The position numbers and the translations under genes were made by a program. Below the pieces are notes generated by a model. It worked only from the letters and a program-made list of their open reading frames with translations, did no database searches and was not told where the DNA came from. This document shows positions 1-13,200 of a DNA stretch of 64,000 bases, piece by piece; positions within the stretch are counted from its first letter, which is position 1; each line of letters begins with the position of its first letter. Source of the stretch: Sphyrna mokarran (Eukaryota); contig JAGIQG010000009.1 of NCBI GenBank assembly GCA_024679065.1, positions 36,704,001 to 36,768,000 of the forward strand, written 5' to 3'.

Positions 1-1090
1 TTTCACTGCATTCTGGGAGCCATCAACAATGCACTTTGAGGAAATGTAGACTCACTGACAGTAACTTCTGGATTTTCATATTTAATTTTATATATGCAGA
101 CTTCAAACATTACTGTAAGTTTCAGAGGGGTAATGACAGTGACTACTGACAATTTCACCATCATTGCTACAGGGTACTGCAAAATCCAGGCCATTATATT
201 TTACTTCCCAAAAACTATTTAATTAATTCTGTCTTATGTGAAAACGTGGATTGCAAATCAAGATATGCAGCTTTTCTAGTAATGACTTCTCTTTCTACCC
301 TTATGCTATCACCTCAGGAGTCTCCTAAGCATCTACTTTTAGTTCTGTTGACCTCCTTATCTGCATGCTGCCTCTTGGCACTGGTTCAATTTCCATGTGT
401 ACACTGATGACACTTCTCCTGGCCCTCTGTTCAGTACTATCAGCCTACCTACCTAATATCCAATCTTGAGAGGAGTTGTAGTTCAGAACATTATCTGCTC
501 CTTTTTTAAAATTCATTCGTGGGATATGGATGTCCCTGGATAGGCCATTTATTGCCCATCTTGAATCGTCCAGTCCTACAACACTTCAAATTTAAATCTT
601 TCTTCCTTGTCTTTAAATCCCTCTGTGACCTCATCCCTACATACTTCTGTAATATCCTCCAGCTTCTTATCGTCTTCCAAACTCTGCTGTTGATTTATTT
701 TACAAATCCCTTTCTTCATTGCTGAGCCTGCTTTCAATTGCATAGCCCCATGCTGTAAAATTCTTTTCATAAATTTCTCTATCTCTCCACTTGCCTCCTG
801 TTCTTTTAGATCCAGCTTAAAATCCATCTCTTTGACATATTTCAGCCTTTCCTCACAAACATTTCTCCTTTGGCTTGACTTGACTTCCATTATTCTTTCA
901 TTTCTGAGAAGCACCTTAAAACATATTCTCAAGTGCTGTACAAAATTCTTTACTAGTTTTCATATTGTCCCATCACCTAATGACTGTTGATGAAATAATT
1001 CTTTTGACTAATATTTAGAAAACGTTACATTGTAATAAGCTGTTTTTACAATTGCCTATTTAACATTCTTCAAATCCTTTCTTGTTTTAG

Positions 1091-1210
1091 GTGTGCCACA
1101 TAGACTGTCAAGCAGAAGGTGGCATCCCCTCCTATTCATTTACATTGATGGTAATCTTTTTTCTTCAACAAAGACAAGAACCTCTTTTACCAGCTTACTT
1201 GGGTTCATGG
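1091..1210 (+). CDS. TUT4: TUT4 exon ([40 protein letters not shown])
   Basis: tttag acceptor, gtgagg donor; matches the TUT4 GGIPSY..LMV.FFLQQR motif. Confidence 0.9.
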
Positions 1211-4200
1211 GTGAGGATCATTATACTTTTTCAGTGAGGAGCTCTCATTCTTCTGTTCTCCTTTGATATATATCTAACTCTGTTTAACTCATTATTAAAA
1301 AGTATTACAAACATCAAGTGATGTGGCTGACACTTTCCTAAAATTACAGGAGCATATATACTTACACTTGATGCATTTCTTTCATGGAATGTGGTTATCA
1401 CTAGCTGTCTCTAAGTGTGCAATTTTAGAGGCAGTTAAGCGGGAACCACATTACTGTGGATCTGGTGGCAGTCTCCTTCTTTAATGATATTAATGAACAA
1501 AAATAATTGACAATAGTTTCAAGGTCACCATCACTGATGCTAGTTTTCCAGATTTTGTTAAGTGAATTTAAATGCTACCAACTGCCATGGTGGGATTGGA
1601 ACCCATGTCCCCAGTACAACCTGGCCCTCTGTGTACTAGTCTAGCGACATTATCTCCAAGCCACCACCTCGCCCTAATGTCAAAGTGGTGTAGAAACTAT
1701 TCTCAGGCAATGGTGCAAAATGATTGGGGTTGAATTAGCCACTCCTACTCTTTTTGCAGCACTGATCAACATGCATTTCTACCCAAAAGTTTTTTTATAA
1801 AATGTGTACTGTAAGTTGTTCCTCGGTGGGAAGAGTTTGTCACTTTTTTGTAACCCTAGATTGAAGGTTTTGACTTGAAAAGAATCGATGAGTATCATCT
1901 GAAAGGAATACAGAATGATGAATATGTATTATGGGAGCATAGACCAGCAAACTCTGGGGAAGCAAAAAACACGAGCAATGGAGATGGCAAAAGCTCTAAT
2001 AAAGCAGACCACAGAAAATCTTCAAATAAAAAAACAGATATCACTGAACCTAATAACCAAAGTAGTTCATTGAAGGAAAAACAAGGCAAAGTAAGTGCAG
2101 TATCTTCTCTTTGTTTTAAAGACGCAGTTATAATTTATGTGCTGTTGTCTTCTTTCTTATTTTTTCACTGTTTATAGGATAGTGCAAGAATTAGAACTTG
2201 GTGTAAAATTGCCTCAATCTTATATTATTTCAGTATTAACTATGAACTGTACATGATTGGGCAAAATTGTATTGATTAAAAAAAATCCCTAGTTGAAAGA
2301 ATTGTAATTTCAAGTCTAATAATATTCATGTTTGTATTCCCGACAGGAAAGCTTTTGAAGGTTGTTAACTGGACAGCTTTGTATTTGAATAGGAAAATGT
2401 ACCAATAATATCCTGCATTACTGAAACTCTATAGATTTGCCTACTGAATTATGGGTCGTAACTGTGTATAAACCCACGCTCCACTCTGCTACCTGAAGGG
2501 AGAAGTATTCAAAGTGAAAATTTGACTAGAATGAAAAATATAAATGAGAAATAAATCTAGCTAGCAGAAGTACAAGAAGGGAGCATAACTAGAATATATG
2601 GTTTTAAGGTTTTTACTATCTCTATATATAAATGACTCAGCATCACAAACCATAATTATTTCAATTAACTTTATAATATCATTGACTTATAGCTGAACCT
2701 GTTTAAATATATAGTTCTAATTCCCAAGTTTCAAATTAGGAGGTAACTTTCTGTAATCTAAGAATTTTGCAATGAAAGTAGTTTAATCTATTATATTGAT
2801 ACAGCTCTGATTTCTTCTTGGTACTAAATTTTTTAATTGACTCTTTTACTGACACAAAGACCTAAGGAGACTTAAAATTATGATGCTTTCCCACTTTTTT
2901 CTTAGGCTGCATTGAAGTTTGGTTCAGCACACCAAGTTTCTCTTGGACACCTCTGGCTAGAATTACTGAAGTTTTACACTCTGGAATTTGCATTGGAAGA
3001 ATACGTCATCTGCATACGGGTAAAAGATCTTGTGTCAAGAGAGCATAAAAACTGGCCGAAAAGGAGAATAGCCATTGAGGGTGAGGTGAACATATACTTA
3101 AAATAGTATTTGATATGTGTAATAAATTTATTTATTTATTTTGTTAGTGTCTCAAGTAAACTTAAATTAACACTGCAGTGAAGTTACTGTGAAAATTTCT
3201 TCGTTGCCACATTCAGGTATATTGAGGGAGAACTTAGCATAGCCAATTCACCTAACCAGCATGTCTTTCGGATTATGGGAGGAAACTGGAGCACCCGGAG
3301 AAAACCCACACAGACACAGGGTGCAAACTCCAAATGGAATGCTCATCAACCAATTAAAGTTTAATTTTTTGATGAAGTAAACATATGACAAATTGCAACC
3401 TCCAAAATGATAAGATTGTACCAATATTTTGCACTAAAGAAAGGGGTTGAGGTTTGAAAGGATACTAATTAATTTTGCATTAGTGAATGACTATCTTTGT
3501 TGTACAAATGTCAGTTTGGTTCAGGAGTAACATTCCATCTCTTGTGGCAGAAGGTTGTGGATAGGTAGTTTATTGCTAAACTCAGCCAGAAGGTGACTAC
3601 AACATTTTATGTGTTGTTGATGGGTTAAACTTAATAATTAAAATAACATCAGTGGAAAATATTTTGAAAATGTATTTCTCTCATTGCTTCTCTTAGGAAG
3701 AGCCTTGTTAGTAAAAATTATTCATGTAACTGATGAGAACTGCATAGGCAGAGGAATTTTGATGGAATTTTGGGTACTGAATGGAAAAAGGGATACGGGA
3801 TTAATGCAGGAAGTTGGGGCCGAGATAGTTGATTAGTCGTGATTGACACCCTTTTTTATACACTTCCTGATTTTCTTCTTCTTTGACTTTCACTGGAAAG
3901 AACTTTGGACAGAATGTAAAACTATTTTCTTTCATCTTCTGAGACAAATTTCACCAACTGTGTGTTTAACCTGGAATTAAAATCTGGCCTTGCAGATAAG
4001 TCTGTATTAACTCTAAGTAATTGCTATGCTCAGCAAAGGAAAATATTAATTCAAATATTACTGTAAGCTTTTTTATTTGAATTTTCCTTCATTCAATTTC
4101 TTTTAATTCTTCCAATCTCTGTATTTTACACTGTGGAGATGCCAGCATTGGACTGAGATGGGCACAGTAAGAAGTCTCACAACACCAGATTAAAGTCCAG

Positions 4201-7200
4201 CAGGTTTATTTTGTATCATGAACTTTCGGAGCACTGCTGCTTCATTAGCTGAGTCACCCACCTGATGAAGGGAAGGTACTCTGAGGTGTTGCGAGATTTC
4301 TTACTGTCCATATTTTAGTGACTTTGAAATGTACTGAGGTCTCAGTAGTAAATTCTTCGCACTTCATACATCTCCAGAATAAAACATTATAGGAAACAGA
4401 AGTTGAATAATTTAAACACATATTTCAAAATTCTAAAATGCCCTAGACCAGGGATTCGCAACATTAGTTACAAGAAAACCATTTTTAAAATTTAGTCAAA
4501 ATCCGCAATATCTTAAAAGTCACAATGCTATTACTCAAATGCCTGTCAATTTAAAAAGCAAGACAAGACAGGAAATGATTATACTTATATTTGCCAAAAT
4601 AAAAAAAAACTTTAATGCAACTTCCGCTGTTGGATTTCTTTGAAGAGTTGTTTGATATCTGGACAGGTTACAGAACATACTCCATCAATCAAGGCCAGTG
4701 ACCACGAGTCCGTAATGAGCCTGCATCTTCAGACCTGCAAATTGCCAACCCATGCCTTAGATCATCTTCAAACTACGTCATTTTGATGGCCTTGATTTCT
4801 GAGAGTTCTGTTATGAATGCCATTGAAATATTTTTGAAGTGCACTTGATATATAAGGAAAAATGTTGGGTAATGTAATTGCTGTGTTTTTTTAACTAGAT
4901 CCCTTTGCACTAAAGAGAAATATTGCTCGGAGTTTGAACAGCCAGATGGTGTTTGAGTATATTCTGGAACGATTTAGGACTGCATACAAATATTTTGCAT
5001 CTCCTCAAATGAAAGACGGGATTAAGTTAAAATCAGATGCCAGAAAAAAAGGGAAAGTCAACAGTAAAAAGCCTATAAAATCTGAAGAACGTTCAGGGAA
5101 CTGTTGTTTGCCACAGAAGGGAACTGCAGTAAAGAGAGATACTAAAGAACCTTCCATCGATGGAGAAATTACAAATGGAACTGATGACTGCATAATACAA
5201 GTATATACTAATGCAAATGTTGAATCTACTGCAAATGTTAAAAAGGATGTTGAGCATTTGGAATTGGAAACTGTTTCATCCTCCAACAATGGAATTGCAG
5301 TGAATTTTAAAAATTGTGATCTGGGGAAGCCAGAGGTTGACAACTGCACAAGAGATTCAAGTGAAAGATTACTCAGTTGTGATTCAGTTGAACAATCCAC
5401 TAGAACACTGGAGGTGGCTGATTCTTCAGAGAGTTGTTCAAAGCAGGCAGGCCTGGAAGAGTTAGGACATGGGTCCATAGAAAATATGATGCCACCAGCC
5501 AGTATGCAGTTGCATCAACATAAAGACAGTTGCAAACTAGGAGTACATTGCTCAGAAGGAACAAATTGCACTGCCAATTGTGTTTCAACTACCTCACAAA
5601 CTTGCACAACAGAAATTGAAGCTCCTAGCTGCACTGTTATTGATGACACTGGAAATGCATCAGAAACAGGGGAACTACATTATGTCTTTGAGAAAAGCAT
5701 CCTGACAAATGGAAAGGCAAGTTATTCTTTACATTTGCATGTACTGACCAATATATCTATTGAGAACATTTTTGTAAAAAAAAGGTTCATCATAGGTAGG
5801 CTCCCTTGAAATTGCAGGTTCAAACCCATCTACACAAGTTGCACAACATTTATCCAACATTTTCAAGGCTTTGTATGATATTCCTGAACAGACTTCTTCT
5901 GTACCTTTGACATTTAACTATTTTTAATAATGAAGCTAAAATGCTGCAATCAGAAACTGGAACTGAAGTATCATGGATTGAAGGTAGGCCTCGGGCTACA
6001 CAAACAATCTGATTGATCTGCTTTTACAGATCCCCAGCCAGGATAACCACTTAGCTCGAGTCGAAAATGCTTATCCTTTAACTGCAGTAGAAACATCAAA
6101 ATTTATGTTTTAATGGAAACTATACTTACAGTTGTTCAAAGATGTTGGAAGTGTTGCCTTTTTAATTTCATTGAGGCTTTCATCCTTGCACTTCAAAATT
6201 ATCAATTGCATTTGATATTCTTCATGAATATATTGCCAAAATATATAAACTGGCTTCAATTTTTGGTTTAGTTTATGGTCTAACAGTAGTAGCCACTATA
6301 TATTGGTTGGGGATGAAAACTGGATTGAGTGAGGTTAGGCCACCTGGATGTTTTTGTAACATGCATTGTTGAGAAAAATGAGAGATTCACTTTTTGAATC
6401 TTGTGTAATGATGCAGTCTGAGAAGGAGTAATTGGACAGAGAGACTTGGATGGCCTGAGATTCAGTAATGAAGTAAAGAGGATGATCAAAGGAGATAAAA
6501 CTTAAGGATTATTTGGAAAAACGGGAATAACTGGAGGCAGAGGAGGAAGATAACATAGCATTTATAGTCTGAAATTTCTAGATGGGGCTTTAGGATAGCT
6601 GGAATCAGGCAACGAGATGATTTGTAGCTGTGAGTTCTTGAGGAATTACCATGGCAACACAACAGATATTGGAAAGCAGGGAGAGAATATTACATTTTGT
6701 AGTCCGAAACAAACATGTGGTGAGCACAGAGTGACTGCAATAGGATTTTGAACTATTATCTCTGATTGCAAAATTCATCATAGCAGATCTCAAAAAGAAA
6801 AAGAAGAAAAATGTATGTCTTTTAGCAAAGGCAAAAATGAAAACAAAGAAAATCTTTGGAGGATTGGTATTTTGTTTATATTTGGTGTTGCTGGATTAAA
6901 ATCATCATTAGTTGAGTTAGAACTTAAGATGTTTGCAGAGAGGCACACAGGAGGGAGATCAAGTGAGGAAAGGCAAGTTTTCATAAGGAGATCCCCACGC
7001 GAAGTGTAATGGACTTCCAGAAAGAACTAGGTAATTTTATGAGCAAAATTTAGCTAGTTTTTATGAATTATTTCAATTTTATATTTTGTTATCTTTAAAA
7101 TTGTTAATTGGGATATCTGGCCAATTGTTGGGGAAACAACATGGTCACTGAAGAAATCAGAAATTGTTCAGTTTGCAGCAGTTGCTGGATGTCTCTGAAC

Positions 7201-10200
7201 TGTAGAAAGAATAACGGGCTTTGCTTATTTTGTATCAGTTGATAATTTATAATCATTGGTTTTTCCAAATTAGCTGTATTTGTGAAAATCAACATGATTA
7301 ACTTCATGTTAGTTATTTCACCCAATCATTTAAATCTGAGCATTTTGAACTTCCTGTAAGACTGATAGAAGCATATCATCATAGTATATTTTAGTGACAT
7401 AAACTAAAAGACAGGAACTTAATGTAGAAATATCACAGTCTAAAACTAATACAAAAATGGTAAGCCACAAATGTTTGTGGTAAGTTGAACATGTTAAGTT
7501 AAAACAAATTATCTGCAAGTTCCATGCAATAAATGTAATTTGCAGAGTTTTCAGAAAGGATCCTGTGATGGCAGTGTGACAGCATTCAACAGACAGTTAT
7601 ACAAAGTGCATTGGAAAGGATTAGTCCAGTAGCCCTGGGTTGAAGGAAATGTACTGTATGATTTGGCAGCAAGCAGGCTGGAGGTAAAGATGAGAAAAAT
7701 GTTTCTCATTTTTGAGGAAATTCCATCCTTGTGGGAAAATACTTGGGTATAGTAGCAAAGCTGGTATCAGAAATTCAATATTTAGAAGTATCATCATTTG
7801 GTGAAAGATCATATCGATGCTCTGTCTTACTTTGATGTATAAGTATTACAGCAGTCTTATGAGAGTAATAATCATTCTTGGAGTATTTTAAGTTAGTAAA
7901 TGTTTCCTGTTATCTTCAGCCACCAACAATTGTGTGCAGTATCTGCAAACGAGATGGACATTCAAAGAATGATTGCCCAGAGGATTTCAAGAAGATTGAT
8001 TTGAAACCTTTGCCACCTATGATAAATAAATTTAGGCAAATTCTTGATCTAGTTTGCACAAAATGTTATGGTAAGTTCAATGCCATTACATAATTAATAA
8101 CATGAGTATTGGTTGAATAATGTTATGGACTTACAGGAAATGGTCTACCGTTTTAATTGGATAAGTACTGAGTCAGTATTGGTGCATTACTTGTTTTGTT
8201 TCACTTATGCTAGAAGTATGTGATCCATTTGTCACCATAACATTTATAAACGTTTTAATTTCATGTGAAGAAAAATCCAATAATTTACCATTATCCGTGT
8301 AGTATTTTCTAAAGACAAACAGTGAATTTATGCCACATTTTTGAATTACGAACTGTTTAATGGAACGCAAAAGGTTGTGACACTGAGATGAGTGATGTGT
8401 TAGATAGATTCTTGATTAATAAGGGAGTCTGGAGTTATGGGGAAAAGGCAGAAGAATTGGAGATGAGAAAAATATCAGCCATGATTGAATGGCAGAGCAG
8501 ACTCGATGGACCAAGTGGCCTAATTCTGTTCCTCTGTTTTATGATCTTATGATGTTTGTTCTGTACAAAAGCTTGATTCTATTTTTTGAACTCTGAAGTT
8601 GAGTTTACTCTTCCCTTTGCTGCTACCTAGTGCATATTTTTAAAGGCTGAAATTATGGGGAGAATTTTATGTCTTTCAGCAATGTGTGGGAAGCTGACCC
8701 AGAAATGTGCAGTCCACTGATTCCTGCAAAGGAATTTTGCTTTTTGGCCACACACTCTTGCCCTTGTTCCCTTGCAAGCTTGCAGTTAGCATCAGGAACA
8801 GTTTCTCATGCCTGTTTTTAAAAGTGCCACACCATATTAAACTCTTGTGACCTAAGTTAATATAACAAATAATATAGTGTTGAATTTTGGTTGCAGCTGC
8901 ACTCACAATATAATATGAATGACACCATGGTGTGAGGGTTCTGAGAATCAGTACTTTAGGTCATTACATCATGCAGTAAAGGGGTGATGCTACAGTCACG
9001 GCTAAATTGAAAAGTCGCTCTGCTCTCAGAATCAGTCTTTATTAATCATTTTGAAGGTGCAGAAAAGATTGTGAAAATGACGTTAAAGATCATACAGACT
9101 CTGCCATTCATCTTTAGCTGGTATGTTGGTATATTCACCCTTCGTTATGGTGTCAGGCATTGTCTACCACCTTGATGTGCTGCCTCGTCATAGCTACAGG
9201 AAAACACTCCCAACTTTTTTAGGTCCAATACCTGAAAATTCAATGAGCAGGCAATGTAAAATTGTCGATGGTTGGGTTATAAATGAGCTTAATAGCTTAT
9301 TGATTAGTTTTTAAACAATGGCAGCAGGCTGCCAATTTAGTACCAGCTGTCTTCTTTTCTTGGAGACAGGCATGAGGATGTCAGGTTGGGGATTGAAAAT
9401 CATCACGCTTGATGTAGACAGCATGCCTGATTTTACTGATGCAAACAGGAACTAATGCTTTTTGAAGTACAAGCCCAAGTAAACATAAAATTGTTACAGC
9501 ACAGAAAGCAGTCATTTAGCTTGTTGTGTCTTCACTCGCTTTCTGAATGAACAGTTCACTTTGTGCAATTCTATCACCTTCTCTCCATAGCCCTGCATGT
9601 TCTTCCATTGCAGATGACAAACTTATCCTCAATTTCAGTTAGCGCAATCCAGACCTTAACCACATATGGTGTGAAAAGTTTTTATGTGGTTTTGCTTCTT
9701 CTGCCAATTACTTTAAGTCTATACCCTGTTGTTTTCAACCCTTTCACCAATGGGAACAATTTCTCCCCGTTTCCTCTGTTTTATTGTTCATGATCTCACC
9801 AGCGGGATTTGCAATTTCCAGATTTTGTTGGATCTTGAGTCCCCACCGGCCATCTCGCAGATGGAGAGTGTGAGATTTCTTTCAGGTCTTCACCAGTGCG
9901 TACCCTGATGATAAATTTGAAGAGTACCTGACTCTTCCTTTACCAATTGTTCTGTTGTAGTTAGAATAATATCTGAAACTGTTAATGAATCAAAATACAG
10001 TGGTTTTTATTTCAAAACTCTGGTGTCTATTCCAGAGTTTTGGGAGAAATGAGGACTACCCAAACTTCTCATAGAACACAAACACAAGTGGGCATTTGTA
10101 CATTATGAACTCCAGCAGTAATCACAATTCAAAGTTCCCATTCCTGCCAGACCTCCAGTTCTTCCTTCCTTGGTTGTGATTCAGCCCCAGATTTGATCAG

Positions 10201-13200
10201 GAATTACAGTCCTGCAATCATGATATAGGCTGCCTTCTGCAGCAGTACCGGCATCTCTGTCTTTGAAGTTACTTGTGTGATCGTGACTATCCCAGCAGGA
10301 CTCTTCCTGTTAAAAGCAGGTATTGCGATCTGCCATCAGCAGCTATCAAAAGCCAGTATTGTAAACTACCATTTGTGTAATCATGAGCAACTATCACAAA
10401 TAAGTAAGATTTGCAAAGTCTACAAAATAACAACCACATTAAAATAACTGTCTTTATAAAAATGAAAGTTAAAGCATGTAAGACATGAACAAATAATAAA
10501 TTATATTACTGCCAGGAGCAGTATAAGCTTGAGAAGATCAGCCATGATGAAAGGTTATGTTTGTGACATATTGTAGATACAAAATCCATTAACCCTTTTC
10601 CGACTTCAGTTCCAAATATGTTTTTGATTAAATATCTTTGTTTTTTACCCCAAGATTAAGCTACATACTTCGAGATGCTTTGCATCTAAGCCATACACAC
10701 CTAGCATGTTATCCGATGATGAGGTTCAGCATTAATCAGGGAGCTGAATCAAAGTCAGGAGTTAAGTCAGAATTGGTATTAAGATAGCCAAATAGAATAA
10801 TTTCAAACTTTATTAAACACTGATGTTTTGCCATGGCTTTGCTCACAATAAGTGACCTTCAGATGCTCCGTACATTTATCATCAAGCATCTGCCACTACA
10901 CCCAATAGTTCCCCTGTCTTCCAAGCAGATTCAGAGAAGAGGTCTATTAAATTACTGCATTTCCTTCCATTCCCAATATTTGCTACCTTCCTTCCATTCT
11001 CAAATCCAAGGTGCAGCACTGTTAAAATAAAATGAAATGTCTTTAATTTTCTTTCAGCTATACTGAGTTTGGAAATATTTTTTAAATGTTATGCTGAATG
11101 AACTTAATATATTTTCATAGTATTGCAGCCTGAGGAGCAGAAGTAGGGCTGAATCCTAAAATGAAACATAACATAAAGATAAATTTGGGCTGGTGAACAG
11201 ATGAAATGCACAGCTTGTGAAGTGGAGGGAGAACCTTCTATTGTAGTGGCAACAATCTAGAAAAAAATCACTTTCAAAGAAAAATGTTGGTAGTTGTTTT
11301 ATCTCTTCCAATTAGTAAGAATCGTGATACGTGTTAGCTGATCGAAGGCTGGGCTTTCACACTTCATAATTTATTGGTTGACAGTAATATCAATGAAAAT
11401 TATTAAATTGCCGACATACAAAAAAAAATGCAGGTGCAAAATTCACTGCAAGCTGAAACCAGTTACATGGATTGGTATTACTAATTGATATTTGGCTTGC
11501 AATGAAGGTCAGTTATTTATTACACCAATTCTTAAAGACAGGTCTCCAATCATGAACTGTGCATCTCAATATATTTTTGTATTTGGAGGATAAACAATAA
11601 GAAAGAAATATTAACCATCTTTGTTATTTGTAATCAAATATCAGAAAGTAAATACATCTGACTATGTATAAATACACCTCAATATTATTGTCTTTTTAGT
11701 CAAATAAATAAAGCCTGATGAATAACTAAAATCTAACATGTTTATTCTTAGATGAGCTCTCGCCACTGGAGGAACAAAATAGAGAACAAACCTTAGCAAG
11801 TTTGGAAAGATTTATTCGTAAAGAATTTGATGGTAATTTCCAGAATTTTGATGCATCACACAAAATCCCATTTAGTAATGCAATACTTCTGCCACCCAGT
11901 CTTGGCCACATTCTTAGAGTATATAAAAATATATAACCAGTCAATTTTATCATAAAAATTATTATAATTATTGCACTCATATCACCACTGTGAATTTGTC
12001 CACTTGGAATAGAGGTAAAAGCTTTCAATCAAACAGTGGAACTGCTTGATGGGCCAAATAACGTTCCTCATCTCTAACTTGTGACATTGTGTCCTAAATC
12101 TGAAATTATGTGCAACAACTTTAAAACAGATAGTAGTTAAAACATTTTCACACAAAAGTTATAAATTTGTGAATGCACTATTGAATCTAATGATTGAGGT
12201 AGAGGCAATGCCAGTATTTAATGGTACATTAAATAACTGATTGAAGTAGAATGGAATAAAATAATATGGGAGTAATCCAGTGAGATTAGGACTGTTGTTG
12301 TTATAGATGATAAACACTAACACAGACTGGGCCAAATGATTTGTTTCTGTGTTCTTAAATCTATAACTCCTGCATCCTTTCCTAATGATCTTCTGACCTT
12401 TGCTACTTCTCCCTTCTCATACCACTGGTTTATGCTCCACTCTACGTATCTCTGGTCTTCCATTTGGCATTCTTCTTCCAAAACCTCTCATTCCGCCTCT
12501 TCTGGTGCTCTTTGTCTCTGTTCCTCTACCAGCTCCACTCTGTCCCTCACCTCGGCTCTCTTTTCACTCCTGCTCCAACCTTTCCTCCCCCGCCTAGCTC
12601 TGTGTTGTCTCCTGTTTTGCTTTCTCTTCTCCCCGTCTCATCTCTCCCATTTCCTTCTCCACTCTCTGAAAAATTTGGAAGGTGTTTGGGGCAGGAGATT
12701 GTGACTGCAACTAACACAGGTAATGGAACACAGAGATCAGCAATGTCAGACTCTGCAATTGCTTAACAGGTTTTAGATTATTTCAGCTTGTTTGGATGAG
12801 AGTAGGACTGCAGTGTGGATGAGCTACTTGACCATGGCATTATGGTACAGGAAATCATTCACATGGTTGGGGGAGCACAAAGGAACGTAGTAATAGTAGG
12901 AAACAGTATAATCAGGGGGATTGACACTTCTCTCCAGCAAAGAACAAGAGTCCCAGATGGTTGTGTTGGCTGTCCAGTGTCAGGGCTTGGGATATCTGCT
13001 AGGGGCTGGAGTGGAACTTGCAGTGTGAATGGGGAAATCCAGTCATCTTTGTCCATTTAGGTACCAATAACATAAGCACGATGAGGAGCTATCATTAACT
13101 TTGAGTCTGTTCTTAATTTAATAATTCTAGATTATTACCTGAGCTACATGTAAGTTGACATGCAGAAAACTGATTAGAGAAAAGACTGGTGTGGGAGAAG

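Noticed and set aside
576-932. 118-aa minus-strand ORF
   Set aside because: It falls in pyrimidine-rich decayed L2/SINE-like intronic sequence and has no recognisable domain.
5005-5478. 157-aa antisense ORF
   Set aside because: It is a shadow of the TUT4 linker exon.
12336-12766. Overlapping ORFs in three frames
   Set aside because: The low-complexity C/T-rich tract lacks stops by composition.
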